NCBI GenBank assembly: GCA_002429485.1
Contig: DIZX01000012.1
Coordinates: forward strand, 1,440 to 50,718
Length of the DNA: 49,279 bases
Direction of reading: 5' to 3'
Source: Patescibacteria group bacterium UBA6017
Lineage (GTDB): Bacteria > Patescibacteriota > Saccharimonadia > UBA4664
The position numbers were made by a program, and so were the translations under genes. Below are positions 35,442 to 43,635 of this stretch, piece by piece. Below the pieces are notes generated by a model. It did no database searches. It was given only the letters and a program-made list of their open reading frames with translations, and was not told the origin of the DNA. Position 1 is the first letter of the stretch; each line of letters starts with the position of its first letter.

Positions 35442-36467
35442 ATGCAGCCTTTACTCTCAATTATTGTTATCGGTCTCAACCACAAAGTTGCACCCTTAGA
35501 AGTACGAGAAAAGGTCGTTGGCAGCGCTCCTTTTAAGCGAGCGGAACAAGCCTTCTACCCGAGCCTGATAAGCGAATTCGTCGGACTATCCACCTGCAAC
35601 CGTACTGAACTTTATGTCGTAACCGCCGCTCCTGACGAGGTTACGCGAGGGCTAGGTCAACTCTTTGGCTATGACTACGCCTACGTTTTAGCAGATGAGG
35701 AAGCAACCAACCATTTGTATAGCGTAGTATCGGGGCTTGATTCTATGATTCTTGGCGAATACGACATTGTCGCACAGGTAAAACAGGCATACTTTGCGGC
35801 GGCTCAAGCAAAGACTGTCGGACCGGTACTCCATCAGCTCTTTCAGCGAGCAATTCGGGCCAGCAAAGTGGTTAGGTCTTCAACCAATATTGGCACAGGC
35901 ATTACGTCACTAGCCCGGGCTGCCGTAGATCAAGCTAAAGTCAAAGTTGAAAATCTCAAAGACCAACCAGTCCTCATACTTGGAGCCGGAAGTATGGCGG
36001 AAAAAGTGGGAAAATACTTAGCAAAGGAAGGGGTGCGGGATATTACCTTTGCCAACCGAACCTATAGCCGCGCTGAGAAGCTGGCTTCCGAATATAAGGC
36101 TAATGCCATCCCGCTCGATGAGCTAGAAGCTGGCCTACTGGCAAGTACTGTCGTCATCTGCGCAACGGCTGCCCCTGACCAGGTGATAACACATAAAATG
36201 CTACAAGATACTATGACTGTAAGGCCGCTCCACTCGCTGCACATAATCGACCTTGCTGTACCCCGAGATGTTGAACCGAGTGCTGCAAGTATCGCTGGGG
36301 TACATTTGGATAATGTCGATACCCTCCAAAATCACCTCGATGATAATAAGCAAGAGAGAATTAAGGCGGTAGCCATGGCCCAATCGCTTATAGAACTTGA
36401 GTCACAGAAATTTTGGGAATGGAATGAGTCGCGAAATGCGAGGACTCAAATAAAAATCGTCGTCTAG
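35442..36467 (+). CDS. hemA: glutamyl-tRNA reductase-like protein, C-terminally short
   Basis: VIGLNHKVAPLEVREK, catalytic-Cys motif LSTCNRTELYV, SGLDSMILGEYDIVAQVKQAY, NAD-binding ILGAGSMAEKVGKYL, DLAVPRDVEP. It is 341 aa; E. coli HemA, recalled from memory, is about 418 aa. Confidence 0.85.
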   Translation: MQPLLSIIVIGLNHKVAPLEVREKVVGSAPFKRAEQAFYPSLISEFVGLSTCNRTELYVVTAAPDEVTRGLGQLFGYDYAYVLADEEATNHLYSVVSGLDSMILGEYDIVAQVKQAYFAAAQAKTVGPVLHQLFQRAIRASKVVRSSTNIGTGITSLARAAVDQAKVKVENLKDQPVLILGAGSMAEKVGKYLAKEGVRDITFANRTYSRAEKLASEYKANAIPLDELEAGLLASTVVICATAAPDQVITHKMLQDTMTVRPLHSLHIIDLAVPRDVEPSAASIAGVHLDNVDTLQNHLDDNKQERIKAVAMAQSLIELESQKFWEWNESRNARTQIKIVV

Positions 36468-36585
36468 ATTATACTGTCGTGAAAATAGCTTAGTGCCGGT
36501 GTAGCCCCGCACGACTTTATGCCAAGCAATATTGCGTTCATATCCGTCAAGCTTTAAAATAAACACAAGAATAATACGGCTATAC

Positions 36586-37293
36586 ATGGATTTGCGTCCT
36601 CCACAGCAGAATCGAGGCATTGTTCGAACCGCCGCACTCAAGGCGGGTACGGTTGTTGTTGTGATGGCTTTGATCTTTGCAGCGAGATCAGTGGGTGGGT
36701 TACGGGTGGCCAGCAGTGCATCTAGCCAACCATTGCCATCTGAAAGCTCATTACCTGCTAACAAAAGCCAAACTGCTACCGGCAATACTTCGGGATCAAC
36801 GTCACTCGGATCGCCTTCGCCTAGCGCATCCCCGACAAGCACGTCTTCAAATAAAACAAATACAACGACTTCGACGTCAACAACTAGCTCTGCTTCTCCA
36901 ACCCCCACGGCATCTACGACAGCTACTTTATCAACTCCAAAGCCAACGTCGACTCCAGCTCCAACCCCGACCCCTACCCCGTCTCCAACACCAACCGCCA
37001 CCTTTCGCGATGGGACTTACTCTGCCGTTGGCAGCTACGCGACCAACGGTTTCACCGAGAAGATTGGTATCTCGTTGACAATCTCTGGTGGCGTTATTAC
37101 TGCTACGAGCGCTACAAACATGGCAGTCAATCCCACCTCTAAAAATTACCAAAATGACTTCATTGCAAACTACAAACCATATGTAATTGGTAGGAGCATA
37201 TCGTCGTTATCTTTAGGTAAGGTTGCAACATCGTCGCTGACCCCAAACGGCTTCAATGCTGCTACTTCTTCAATCAAGCTACAGGCCAACTAA
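36586..37293 (+). CDS. membrane-anchored protein with Ser/Thr/Pro linker and C-terminal FMN-binding-like domain
   Basis: I moved the start to ATG 36586. TM anchor AGTVVVVMALIFAA, an STP-rich linker of about 110 aa, and DGTYSAVGSY...ISLTISGGVITA...GKVATSSLT, which resembles the FMN_bind fold with its flavinylated Thr motif. Confidence 0.6.
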   Translation: MDLRPPQQNRGIVRTAALKAGTVVVVMALIFAARSVGGLRVASSASSQPLPSESSLPANKSQTATGNTSGSTSLGSPSPSASPTSTSSNKTNTTTSTSTTSSASPTPTASTTATLSTPKPTSTPAPTPTPTPSPTPTATFRDGTYSAVGSYATNGFTEKIGISLTISGGVITATSATNMAVNPTSKNYQNDFIANYKPYVIGRSISSLSLGKVATSSLTPNGFNAATSSIKLQAN

Positions 37294-37297
37294 GTCT

Positions 37298-38194
37298 ATG
37301 AGTGAGGCTTCGTTAATATTACGGTTTGAAGCAATCGGAACCACCTGGCAAATTGATTGTTACGATCTTCCTGCGTCTCTCAGACCTGAGATACTTGAGG
37401 CAGATATTATGAAGCGGATTTCAGAGTATGGCATGACGTACTCGCGCTTTCGGGATGATTCATTAGTCGCTCAAATGTCGCGCGAAGCGGGACGATATAC
37501 GCTACCGTCGGATAGCAAGCTGATATTCAACTTTTATGAGCAGCTTTACCGGGTCACGGACGGCAAAGTTACGCCGCTCATCGGCCAAGTTCTGGTAGAT
37601 TCCGGGTATGATGCGGCCTATTCGCTCGTACCCCAAGAGATTATCCAGGCCGCCCCGTTATGGGAGGACAGCTTCGAATATGCCGACTCAACCCTAACTC
37701 TGAAACAACCCACTTTGCTAGACATTGGTGCCGCCGGAAAAGGCTACCTCGTTGATATAATCGGCGAAATGTTAACCGAAGTAGCCATTGCTAGCTACTG
37801 CATCGATGCCGGTGGTGACATTTTGGTGCGCGGCATGAGCGCGGCACCATTCCGAATCGGTCTTGAGCACCCGCATGACGATAGCCAAGTTATTGGCGTA
37901 ATACCTCTCGGTGACGGCAGTATCTGTGCCTCAGCCAGCAATCGGCGTGCTTGGGGCGATCTTCATCACATTATAGACCCTCACACAGCCGAGCCGGTAC
38001 GTTCCATTATCGCCACTTGGGTGGTCGCTTCATCCGCTATGATTGCCGATGGCCTAGCTACGGCCTTATTCTTCACCCCCGCTGCAAAACTTAAGCAGGT
38101 TTTCGATTTTGAATATATCCTAGTTAAACAAGATATGACTTTTGAATTTTCTTCGGGGCTGAATGCTGAGATATTTACGGGAGCTACGCCATGA
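37298..38194 (+). CDS. apbE: FAD:protein FMN transferase (ApbE family)
   Basis: I moved the start to ATG 37298. ...FRDDSLV...LLDIGAAGKGYLVD...CIDAGGDIL...ASASNRRAW...HIIDPHT..P. Confidence 0.85.
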   Translation: MSEASLILRFEAIGTTWQIDCYDLPASLRPEILEADIMKRISEYGMTYSRFRDDSLVAQMSREAGRYTLPSDSKLIFNFYEQLYRVTDGKVTPLIGQVLVDSGYDAAYSLVPQEIIQAAPLWEDSFEYADSTLTLKQPTLLDIGAAGKGYLVDIIGEMLTEVAIASYCIDAGGDILVRGMSAAPFRIGLEHPHDDSQVIGVIPLGDGSICASASNRRAWGDLHHIIDPHTAEPVRSIIATWVVASSAMIADGLATALFFTPAAKLKQVFDFEYILVKQDMTFEFSSGLNAEIFTGATP

Positions 38195-39702
38195 ATGTGA
38201 TCGATAAATTCCTGAATTCCTACACTATGTATCGGGTGATACTTTACGGGCTCGGCCTAATTTCGCTGGTAGCTCTAGTTCTCAGCGCGATCGGTATTTT
38301 GGACTTTCCGCTCCTAGCCGTTGCGACGTCACTAGCATTAGTCGTTGGGGTGGGCTTCATCGCACACACTATATTTGCCAAACTGTTTCATTCTGCGACG
38401 GGAGCCGAAACATGGCTTATAACTTCACTTATATTATTTCTTATTCTAAAACCGGCGCAAACCAAAGCCGAATACGCAGTGCTTGTCGTGGTAACCGTTC
38501 TCGCTATGGCGTCAAAGTATGTCATTGCCTTCGCCAATCGCCATATCTTCAACCCGGTGGCTATCGCTTTGGTGGTTCTCGGTCTGCTCGGCAGCGGGGA
38601 AGTCTATTGGTGGGTAGGCAGCAAAGCCATGCTGCCAGTTGCGCTTCTGATCGGACTGGTTGTGCTCCGCAAAACCCGTCGTTTCCATATGCTCTGGCCT
38701 TTCGTAGTGGTCGCTCTTATAACCCATGCGTTTATGCCGGGCGTGCCTCACGACCCAATTGCGGTAGTGCGCGATCTTATTATCTCGGGACCGCTAGTAT
38801 TTTTTGCGACCATCATGCTAACCGAGCCAGCTACTGCGCCACCAACGCAAGTTTTACGAATAGCATACTCGGCGCTTGTAGGCTTGCTCTACGGATGGAG
38901 CTTTCATATCGGTCCCATCTTCTCAACCCCAGAGGTCGCATTAGTGACGGGTAATATATTCTCGTATGCGGTCAGCTCAAAGCGTCGCCAGCGGATGCGA
39001 CTCGAGCGTTGCACCTTGCAAGCTGCTGGCGTTTATGAATTTGCTTTTACGCCACTGGACGGCAAATTGGCTTACAAACCCGGCCAATATCTAGAGTGGA
39101 CATTACCTCACAAGCGCCACGATAGCCGGGGCAATCGTCGCTACTTTACGATTGCCTCATCACCCACCGAAACCGAGATCAAACTGGCTGCCAGAATAGA
39201 CACTGAACACTCTAGTACGTTCAAGAAAGCTCTGCTGGACATGAAGCCCGGGGACGAGATATGGGCGTCGCAACTAGGTGGCGATTTTCGCTTGTCTCGT
39301 GATAAGGGGGAAAAGCTAGTCTTCATCGCTGGTGGAATCGGGATAACTCCGTTTCGAAGCATGGTCCAGTCAATAGTCGACCAAGGGCAACGCCGAGACA
39401 TTACCTTGCTCTACACCTCTCTTGCTGCTGATGGATTCGCCTATTGGCCGCTCTTTAATCAGGCCGTCGCTAGCGGGGTAAAGCCAATTTACGTCATTAC
39501 GGGTCCAACCATACCAGAAGGATGGACGGGTAAATCTGGCTTTATTACTTCCGATATGATTAAGGCAGAAGTTCCCGATTATGCCCACGCGATGTTTTAT
39601 CTGTCAGGACCAAATGTGATGGTTGTGAATTACAAAAAGGTACTACGCTCGCTCGGTGTACCGAGCCGAAGTATCAAAACAGATTATTTCCCCGGGTTCT
39701 AA
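38191..39702 (+). CDS. fusion of an NqrB/RnfD-like polytopic membrane domain with an FNR-type FAD/NAD(P)H oxidoreductase domain
   Basis: About 9 TM segments including IMLTEPATAPP (an NqrB/RnfD-like TEP.T.P motif). Then PGQYLEW, RYFTIASSP (RxYS-type FAD motif), FIAGGIGITPF (NAD(P)H motif) and YLSGP. ATGA overlap with apbE. Confidence 0.75.
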   Translation: MNVIDKFLNSYTMYRVILYGLGLISLVALVLSAIGILDFPLLAVATSLALVVGVGFIAHTIFAKLFHSATGAETWLITSLILFLILKPAQTKAEYAVLVVVTVLAMASKYVIAFANRHIFNPVAIALVVLGLLGSGEVYWWVGSKAMLPVALLIGLVVLRKTRRFHMLWPFVVVALITHAFMPGVPHDPIAVVRDLIISGPLVFFATIMLTEPATAPPTQVLRIAYSALVGLLYGWSFHIGPIFSTPEVALVTGNIFSYAVSSKRRQRMRLERCTLQAAGVYEFAFTPLDGKLAYKPGQYLEWTLPHKRHDSRGNRRYFTIASSPTETEIKLAARIDTEHSSTFKKALLDMKPGDEIWASQLGGDFRLSRDKGEKLVFIAGGIGITPFRSMVQSIVDQGQRRDITLLYTSLAADGFAYWPLFNQAVASGVKPIYVITGPTIPEGWTGKSGFITSDMIKAEVPDYAHAMFYLSGPNVMVVNYKKVLRSLGVPSRSIKTDYFPGF

Positions 39703-39887
39703 TCAATCAATTCAAATCAGATGATGGGGTGCCTACGCCCGTAAGAACCGACTACTCTACTGACCGAGATTTCATCTAGCCTAGACATAGTGATCCGGAA
39801 GTCCGACTACTACCCTGGCCAATGCCATTTTGACAGACGCTCGCACTTAAGCGTAAGCTCTATCTAAATAACTAAGGGTACCCCTCT

Positions 39888-40541
39888 ATGCGCAAAATAT
39901 CATACAAACTAACTATCGCAGCCAGCATGACCCTGTTTGCTCTCAGCGGTGCCTCCGTCCTGGCGGTGAGCCCTAACGCCAATGCCCATGCCACCAACGT
40001 CGGCAATCCAACCTCCCCGGCGGTCGAAGCCACCGGCAGGCCGGCGCCCACCGATAACCCAACCGATGTGAGATCGAAAGGTTCCACTCATCTAGCCGAT
40101 GCCAAGCTCAAAGCCTGCCAGAAGCGCGAAACAGCCATCAACAACATCATGGCACGCACTATTGACCGCTCCAACAAGCAAATCAAGGTCTTTGATACCA
40201 TTGCCACTCGCACCGAGGCATTTTACACCAGCAAAGGCAAGACCCTGTCCGGATACGCCGCGCTCGTATCGGCCGTCAGTACCGCCAAGGCCAAGGCCAC
40301 TACGGACCTCGCCGCTATGAAAACCACCGCCGACCTCAAATGTGATGGTACCGACCCCAAGGGCGCCGCCAGCGCCTTCAAGGCCAACCTGAAGCTCGAA
40401 ATTGCCGACCTCAAAGCCTACAAGACCGCCGTTAAGAACCTTATCGTTGGAGTGAAATCGGTCCAGGGCACGGACAGCTCATCCCCTAAGGCGAGCACCT
40501 CACCCACGGCCAGCCCCACTACTAACCAGGGAGGTAACTAG
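39888..40541 (+). CDS. secreted helical protein with Ser/Thr/Pro tail
   Basis: Signal peptide MRKISYKLTIAASMTLFALSGASVLA, a helical Ala/Lys-rich body, and an STP-rich C-terminus. Confidence 0.65.
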   Translation: MRKISYKLTIAASMTLFALSGASVLAVSPNANAHATNVGNPTSPAVEATGRPAPTDNPTDVRSKGSTHLADAKLKACQKRETAINNIMARTIDRSNKQIKVFDTIATRTEAFYTSKGKTLSGYAALVSAVSTAKAKATTDLAAMKTTADLKCDGTDPKGAASAFKANLKLEIADLKAYKTAVKNLIVGVKSVQGTDSSSPKASTSPTASPTTNQGGN

Positions 40542-40543
40542 TA

Positions 40544-40816
40544 ATGAAGAAGCAATCCGGTTTCGCAGTACTTGAAATCCTCCTGTTGGTTGTCGTCGTA
40601 GCCATCCTTGGCTATACCGCCGTCACCTTCATCGGGCACCAACAGGCAGCCACGGACACCACCGGCTCAACCGCCGCCACAGTTACCGTTCCGGCTGCCC
40701 CACAGATCAACTCAACCGCTGATTTAACTGCCGCCGAAAGCGCAGTGGACCAAGTCAACGTTGATGCGGGCACCGCGGACAGCTCACAGCTTGATTCCGA
40801 GCTAGCCAACTTCTAA
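40544..40816 (+). CDS. prepilin-type N-terminal cleavage/methylation-domain protein (pilin/pseudopilin-like)
   Basis: MKKQSG|FAVLEILLLVVVVAILGY is a class III signal: G, then F, with E at +5 and a hydrophobic helix. Confidence 0.75.
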   Translation: MKKQSGFAVLEILLLVVVVAILGYTAVTFIGHQQAATDTTGSTAATVTVPAAPQINSTADLTAAESAVDQVNVDAGTADSSQLDSELANF

Positions 40817-40840
40817 CAAAAAATAGAGGACCAAATATAA

Positions 40841-40865
40841 AGAGGGTTAGCTGCCCTCTCTTTTT
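40841..40865. terminator. intrinsic terminator (probably bidirectional) between the pilin gene and the convergent HKD gene
   Basis: AGAGGG-ttagctg-CCCTCT followed by cTTTTT. The upstream side is A/T-rich. Confidence 0.7.
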
Positions 40866-40886
40866 GCGCTGCTATAAACTAGCCGT

Positions 40887-41366
40887 CTACATAAATTTAC
40901 TGATCTTAATAAACTTCAGCATTTCAGTTGCTAAATTAGCTGATTTAACCCTTCTCATAACCTCGCAGCTCGAGCTCTGGGACAAGATGTTGAGGCTTCC
41001 CTCGTATAGAATAGAGCCATCAATGATCGCTAGCTTCCTGTGATGGTTATCGGTAAATAGAACTTGGACGCCAAGCCCCTGCAGTAAACCAATTGCGGTA
41101 GCGGCCTCCGCCGCCATCCGCCGGTCGTGCTCCTTCGGATCACGCGTATTGATTACTATATGAACCCCTCTTTTCGTAAGCCTACGAAATGAGGGGTAAA
41201 GCGCATTCATGCGCTTATGGGTTATAAAAGGGCTTTCGATAATTAACTCACGTTTACACTTAACTAAGTCATTCAAGAATGCTGGGTAAAATGACTGTTC
41301 GTCATATAATCTAGATGTAAGCAGAGGCGTCGGGGTAGAGCGCTTGAAGGGCCGATGGAAGATCAT
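40887..41366 (-). CDS. short single-HKD phospholipase-D-family nuclease (Nuc-like)
   Basis: 159 aa with a perfect HxK(x4)D(x6)GSxN motif: HRKLAIIDGSILYEGSLN. GAGGAG lies 8 nt upstream. ATGA overlap with the upstream small ORF. Confidence 0.85.
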   Translation of the reverse strand: MIFHRPFKRSTPTPLLTSRLYDEQSFYPAFLNDLVKCKRELIIESPFITHKRMNALYPSFRRLTKRGVHIVINTRDPKEHDRRMAAEAATAIGLLQGLGVQVLFTDNHHRKLAIIDGSILYEGSLNILSQSSSCEVMRRVKSANLATEMLKFIKISKFM

Positions 41367-41545
41367 GAGTTTGGCTCCTCATCCTCAAACAGCGCCCGAA
41401 TTTCATCTGGATCACACTCAACGTCATCGTCAAAAGTTTGATTCCCGGACTGCCACCCCTGCCATATGAAACCAAACCCCAAAATGCCCCTCAAAATAGG
41501 GTATTTTGGGGTTTGGTTTTGACCTATGGGTGGCAGGACAATCAA
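41363..41545 (-). CDS. small WQGWQSGNQTFDD-motif ORF, copy 1 (start uncertain)
   Basis: ...GFGFIWQGWQSGNQTFDDDVECDPDEIRALFEDEEPNS*. Its stop overlaps the HKD ATG. The N-terminal part as drawn runs through a 17-bp hairpin. In-frame TTG codons nearer the motif are alternative starts. Confidence 0.45.
   Translation of the reverse strand: MIVLPPIGQNQTPKYPILRGILGFGFIWQGWQSGNQTFDDDVECDPDEIRALFEDEEPNS
41424..41465 (+). repeat. 42-bp core, copy 1
   Basis: TCATCGTCAAAAGTTTGATTCCCGGACTGCCACCCCTGCCAT is identical over 42 nt to 46364-46405. Its last part, CTGCCACCCCTGCCA, equals the tRNA-Trp 3' end. Confidence 0.95.
41469..41519. other. 17-bp perfect hairpin between head-to-head cores
   Basis: AAACCAAACCCCAAAAT (41469-41485), a 17-nt loop, ATTTTGGGGTTTGGTTT (41503-41519). 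A-rich 5' arm and T-rich 3' arm, so it is terminator-like in both directions. Confidence 0.8.
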
Positions 41546-41552
41546 ACTTTTT
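41526..41552 (-). repeat. truncated inverted copy of the core
   Basis: The reverse complement AAAAAGTTTGATTGTCCTGCCACCCAT matches the copy-2 type core AAAAGTTTGATT(ctc)GTCCTGCCACCC with a 3-nt deletion. On the plus strand it encodes ...YGWQDNQTF... Confidence 0.75.
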
Positions 41553-41728
41553 CATTCATCGGCCTCCACAATTTTGAAGTCATCTACCCCCCTGGGGCCA
41601 TGTTTGTTATGCTAAACCTGTTGCCTAACTGGCGTTGGGTACTAAATTCACGCGCTAGTGAGCCTAGCCGATACAGGCCACCACGCAGACTACTAGGAGA
41701 ATTCGATATCAGACATACTCTCAAAAAT

Positions 41729-43534
41729 ATGCTTTCAACATCTATTGCAGTGGCTAGGTCTCTGGTGCAGACTGCTTTACCAGAAAATGGGTCTGAATAT
41801 AAGACATTTTCCATAAAGGAAGTTACTGCGCAAGTGGCGACTCTCCTGATAGTACTGGTCGGCTTCATAACCTTCTCTTCTGGTCTTTCTAACTATTTCG
41901 TTGGTGACGACCAGGGTCAGATCACTACAAACACGCCAGTTCATAGTATTGCCAATATTGGAATGTTCTTTAATGGAGGCACCTTCTACACGGGTCAAGC
42001 GCTGCACCCGCTTGTTGGAGCCTATTATCGCCCGCTCATGACTACGGTTTACTCACTCGTGTACACGTTATTTGGCCCTCAACCGGGGGCATTCCACTTA
42101 GTTCAACTATGCCTACAAATTGCTTGTTCTATAATGCTTTTTCTAGTCTTCAAATACTTTTTTAGACCAAATTTGGCTTTTATCCTCTCGCTTATATTTC
42201 TAGTCCACCCTATAAACAGCCAGGCTGTATTTGCAATCGCTTCCATGCAGGAGCCGTTATTCTTCTTATTCGGAGTAACAGCCCTATGGTCCGCAATTAG
42301 GTTCCGGGGTAAATCCTTATGGTATTTGCTACTAACAGTTTTGCTATTAATCTTGTCGATGCTATCGAAAGAAACGGGTGTTCTATTTTTAGTGATTACC
42401 TTGATATACGTATACCATGCAGACCGAAAGCGCTTCTACCCACTACTGGGGTTATCGGCGCTCCCCACTATCATGTATATAACGCTAAAAATACACGCCG
42501 TAGGAGTCGCAGTTAACCCGCATACCGCTCCGATCGATAACCTTAGTCTGTTGGAGCGAATGATAAATGTCCCATCCATGGTTCTCTTCTACTTTACGAA
42601 GTTTATTTATCCCTTGCCACTCGCTCATAATTACTACTGGGTTTACAAAACAATTACATTCCAGCATGTTATTTTGCCACTCATAGTCGACCTCGTAATT
42701 GCTGCCGGAATCACCTATTTGGCGGTCGTATTGCGAAAAAAGTCACCGAGGCAGCACTTCCCGTTATTCATGTTCTTCGCTATCTGGTTACTTCTAGGCG
42801 TGCTTTTGCATATGCAGATTATCCCTCTCGATGTGACCGTCAGCGAGACTTGGTTCTACTTTTCTATGGCTGGGCTTTTGGGGCTGATCGGCGTGCTACT
42901 GAATGCGTTCATGCCTCGTGTTTCAAAGGGGTGGCCAATCGCAGTCGTTGTCATTGTCATTTGTCTTCTCGGATTTCGGACATGGGAGCGCGGCTTTGAT
43001 TGGAAAGATGTATATTCCCTTGCTTACCGGGATATTGCAGTCTCAAAAGATGATTACGTATCGCTATCAAATATCGCATATGGCTTGGATTCACAAGGTG
43101 AATACTCTCAAGCCAAGCCTTATGTGTTACGCGCTGTTAACATTTATCCATCTTTCAATAACTACAACACGCTCGGAATTACGCTAGCTGGGCTACATGA
43201 CTACCCCGGAGCTAGAGATGCATATTTAAAAGCACTGGGCTATAACTATTATGAGAATATTTTATGCAACTTGGGCCAGATTTTGACGGTATATGGTGAT
43301 TATGATGCGAATAAACGGATACTTGCCGTCGGGCTTCGGACGTACCCAAGGAATAGCTTGTTGTGGTCAGATCTAGCGATCCTAGAATATTCCAACGGCT
43401 ATACCTCCAATGCCAACCTTGCCGTAGCAAAGGCGGTGCAGTACGGTAACCCATACCCGGAAATATACAAAAAAATACTAGGTAATCAGCCTCTTGATCT
43501 AAATATCGACCCTAAGCCTAGTAGGGGATTTTGA
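41729..43534 (+). CDS. GT-C-fold glycosyltransferase (PMT/ArnT/TMTC-like) with C-terminal TPR repeats
   Basis: Polytopic N-terminal domain with an early-loop DD motif (NYFVGDDQGQITTN) and a C-terminal TPR region (YSQAKPYVLRAVNIYP...). The start is uncertain: ATG 41729 or 41600. The track ORF is open from 41438 through the inverted core. Confidence 0.7.
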   Translation: MLSTSIAVARSLVQTALPENGSEYKTFSIKEVTAQVATLLIVLVGFITFSSGLSNYFVGDDQGQITTNTPVHSIANIGMFFNGGTFYTGQALHPLVGAYYRPLMTTVYSLVYTLFGPQPGAFHLVQLCLQIACSIMLFLVFKYFFRPNLAFILSLIFLVHPINSQAVFAIASMQEPLFFLFGVTALWSAIRFRGKSLWYLLLTVLLLILSMLSKETGVLFLVITLIYVYHADRKRFYPLLGLSALPTIMYITLKIHAVGVAVNPHTAPIDNLSLLERMINVPSMVLFYFTKFIYPLPLAHNYYWVYKTITFQHVILPLIVDLVIAAGITYLAVVLRKKSPRQHFPLFMFFAIWLLLGVLLHMQIIPLDVTVSETWFYFSMAGLLGLIGVLLNAFMPRVSKGWPIAVVVIVICLLGFRTWERGFDWKDVYSLAYRDIAVSKDDYVSLSNIAYGLDSQGEYSQAKPYVLRAVNIYPSFNNYNTLGITLAGLHDYPGARDAYLKALGYNYYENILCNLGQILTVYGDYDANKRILAVGLRTYPRNSLLWSDLAILEYSNGYTSNANLAVAKAVQYGNPYPEIYKKILGNQPLDLNIDPKPSRGF

Positions 43535-43635
43535 ATTGAGAATGAATAGCTGGGTTATGCGGGTGAGTAGCTCTTGGTCGTTCATTCGGATACATAGCCT
43601 TGATTAAACGTGCAGGCATCAGAAACCGCATAGTT

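Noticed and set aside
36402-37001. A 199-aa minus-strand ORF rich in Gly-Val-Asp repeats.
   Set aside because: It is the antisense reading of the Ser/Thr/Pro linker of the FMN-binding-like protein, and it also overlaps the end of hemA.
41438-41728. The long N-terminal extension of the GT-C/TPR ORF (track start 41438).
   Set aside because: The extension runs through core 1, the 17-bp hairpin and the inverted core. It also overlaps the minus-strand small ORF. The recognisable glycosyltransferase sequence begins after the ATGs at 41600 and 41729.
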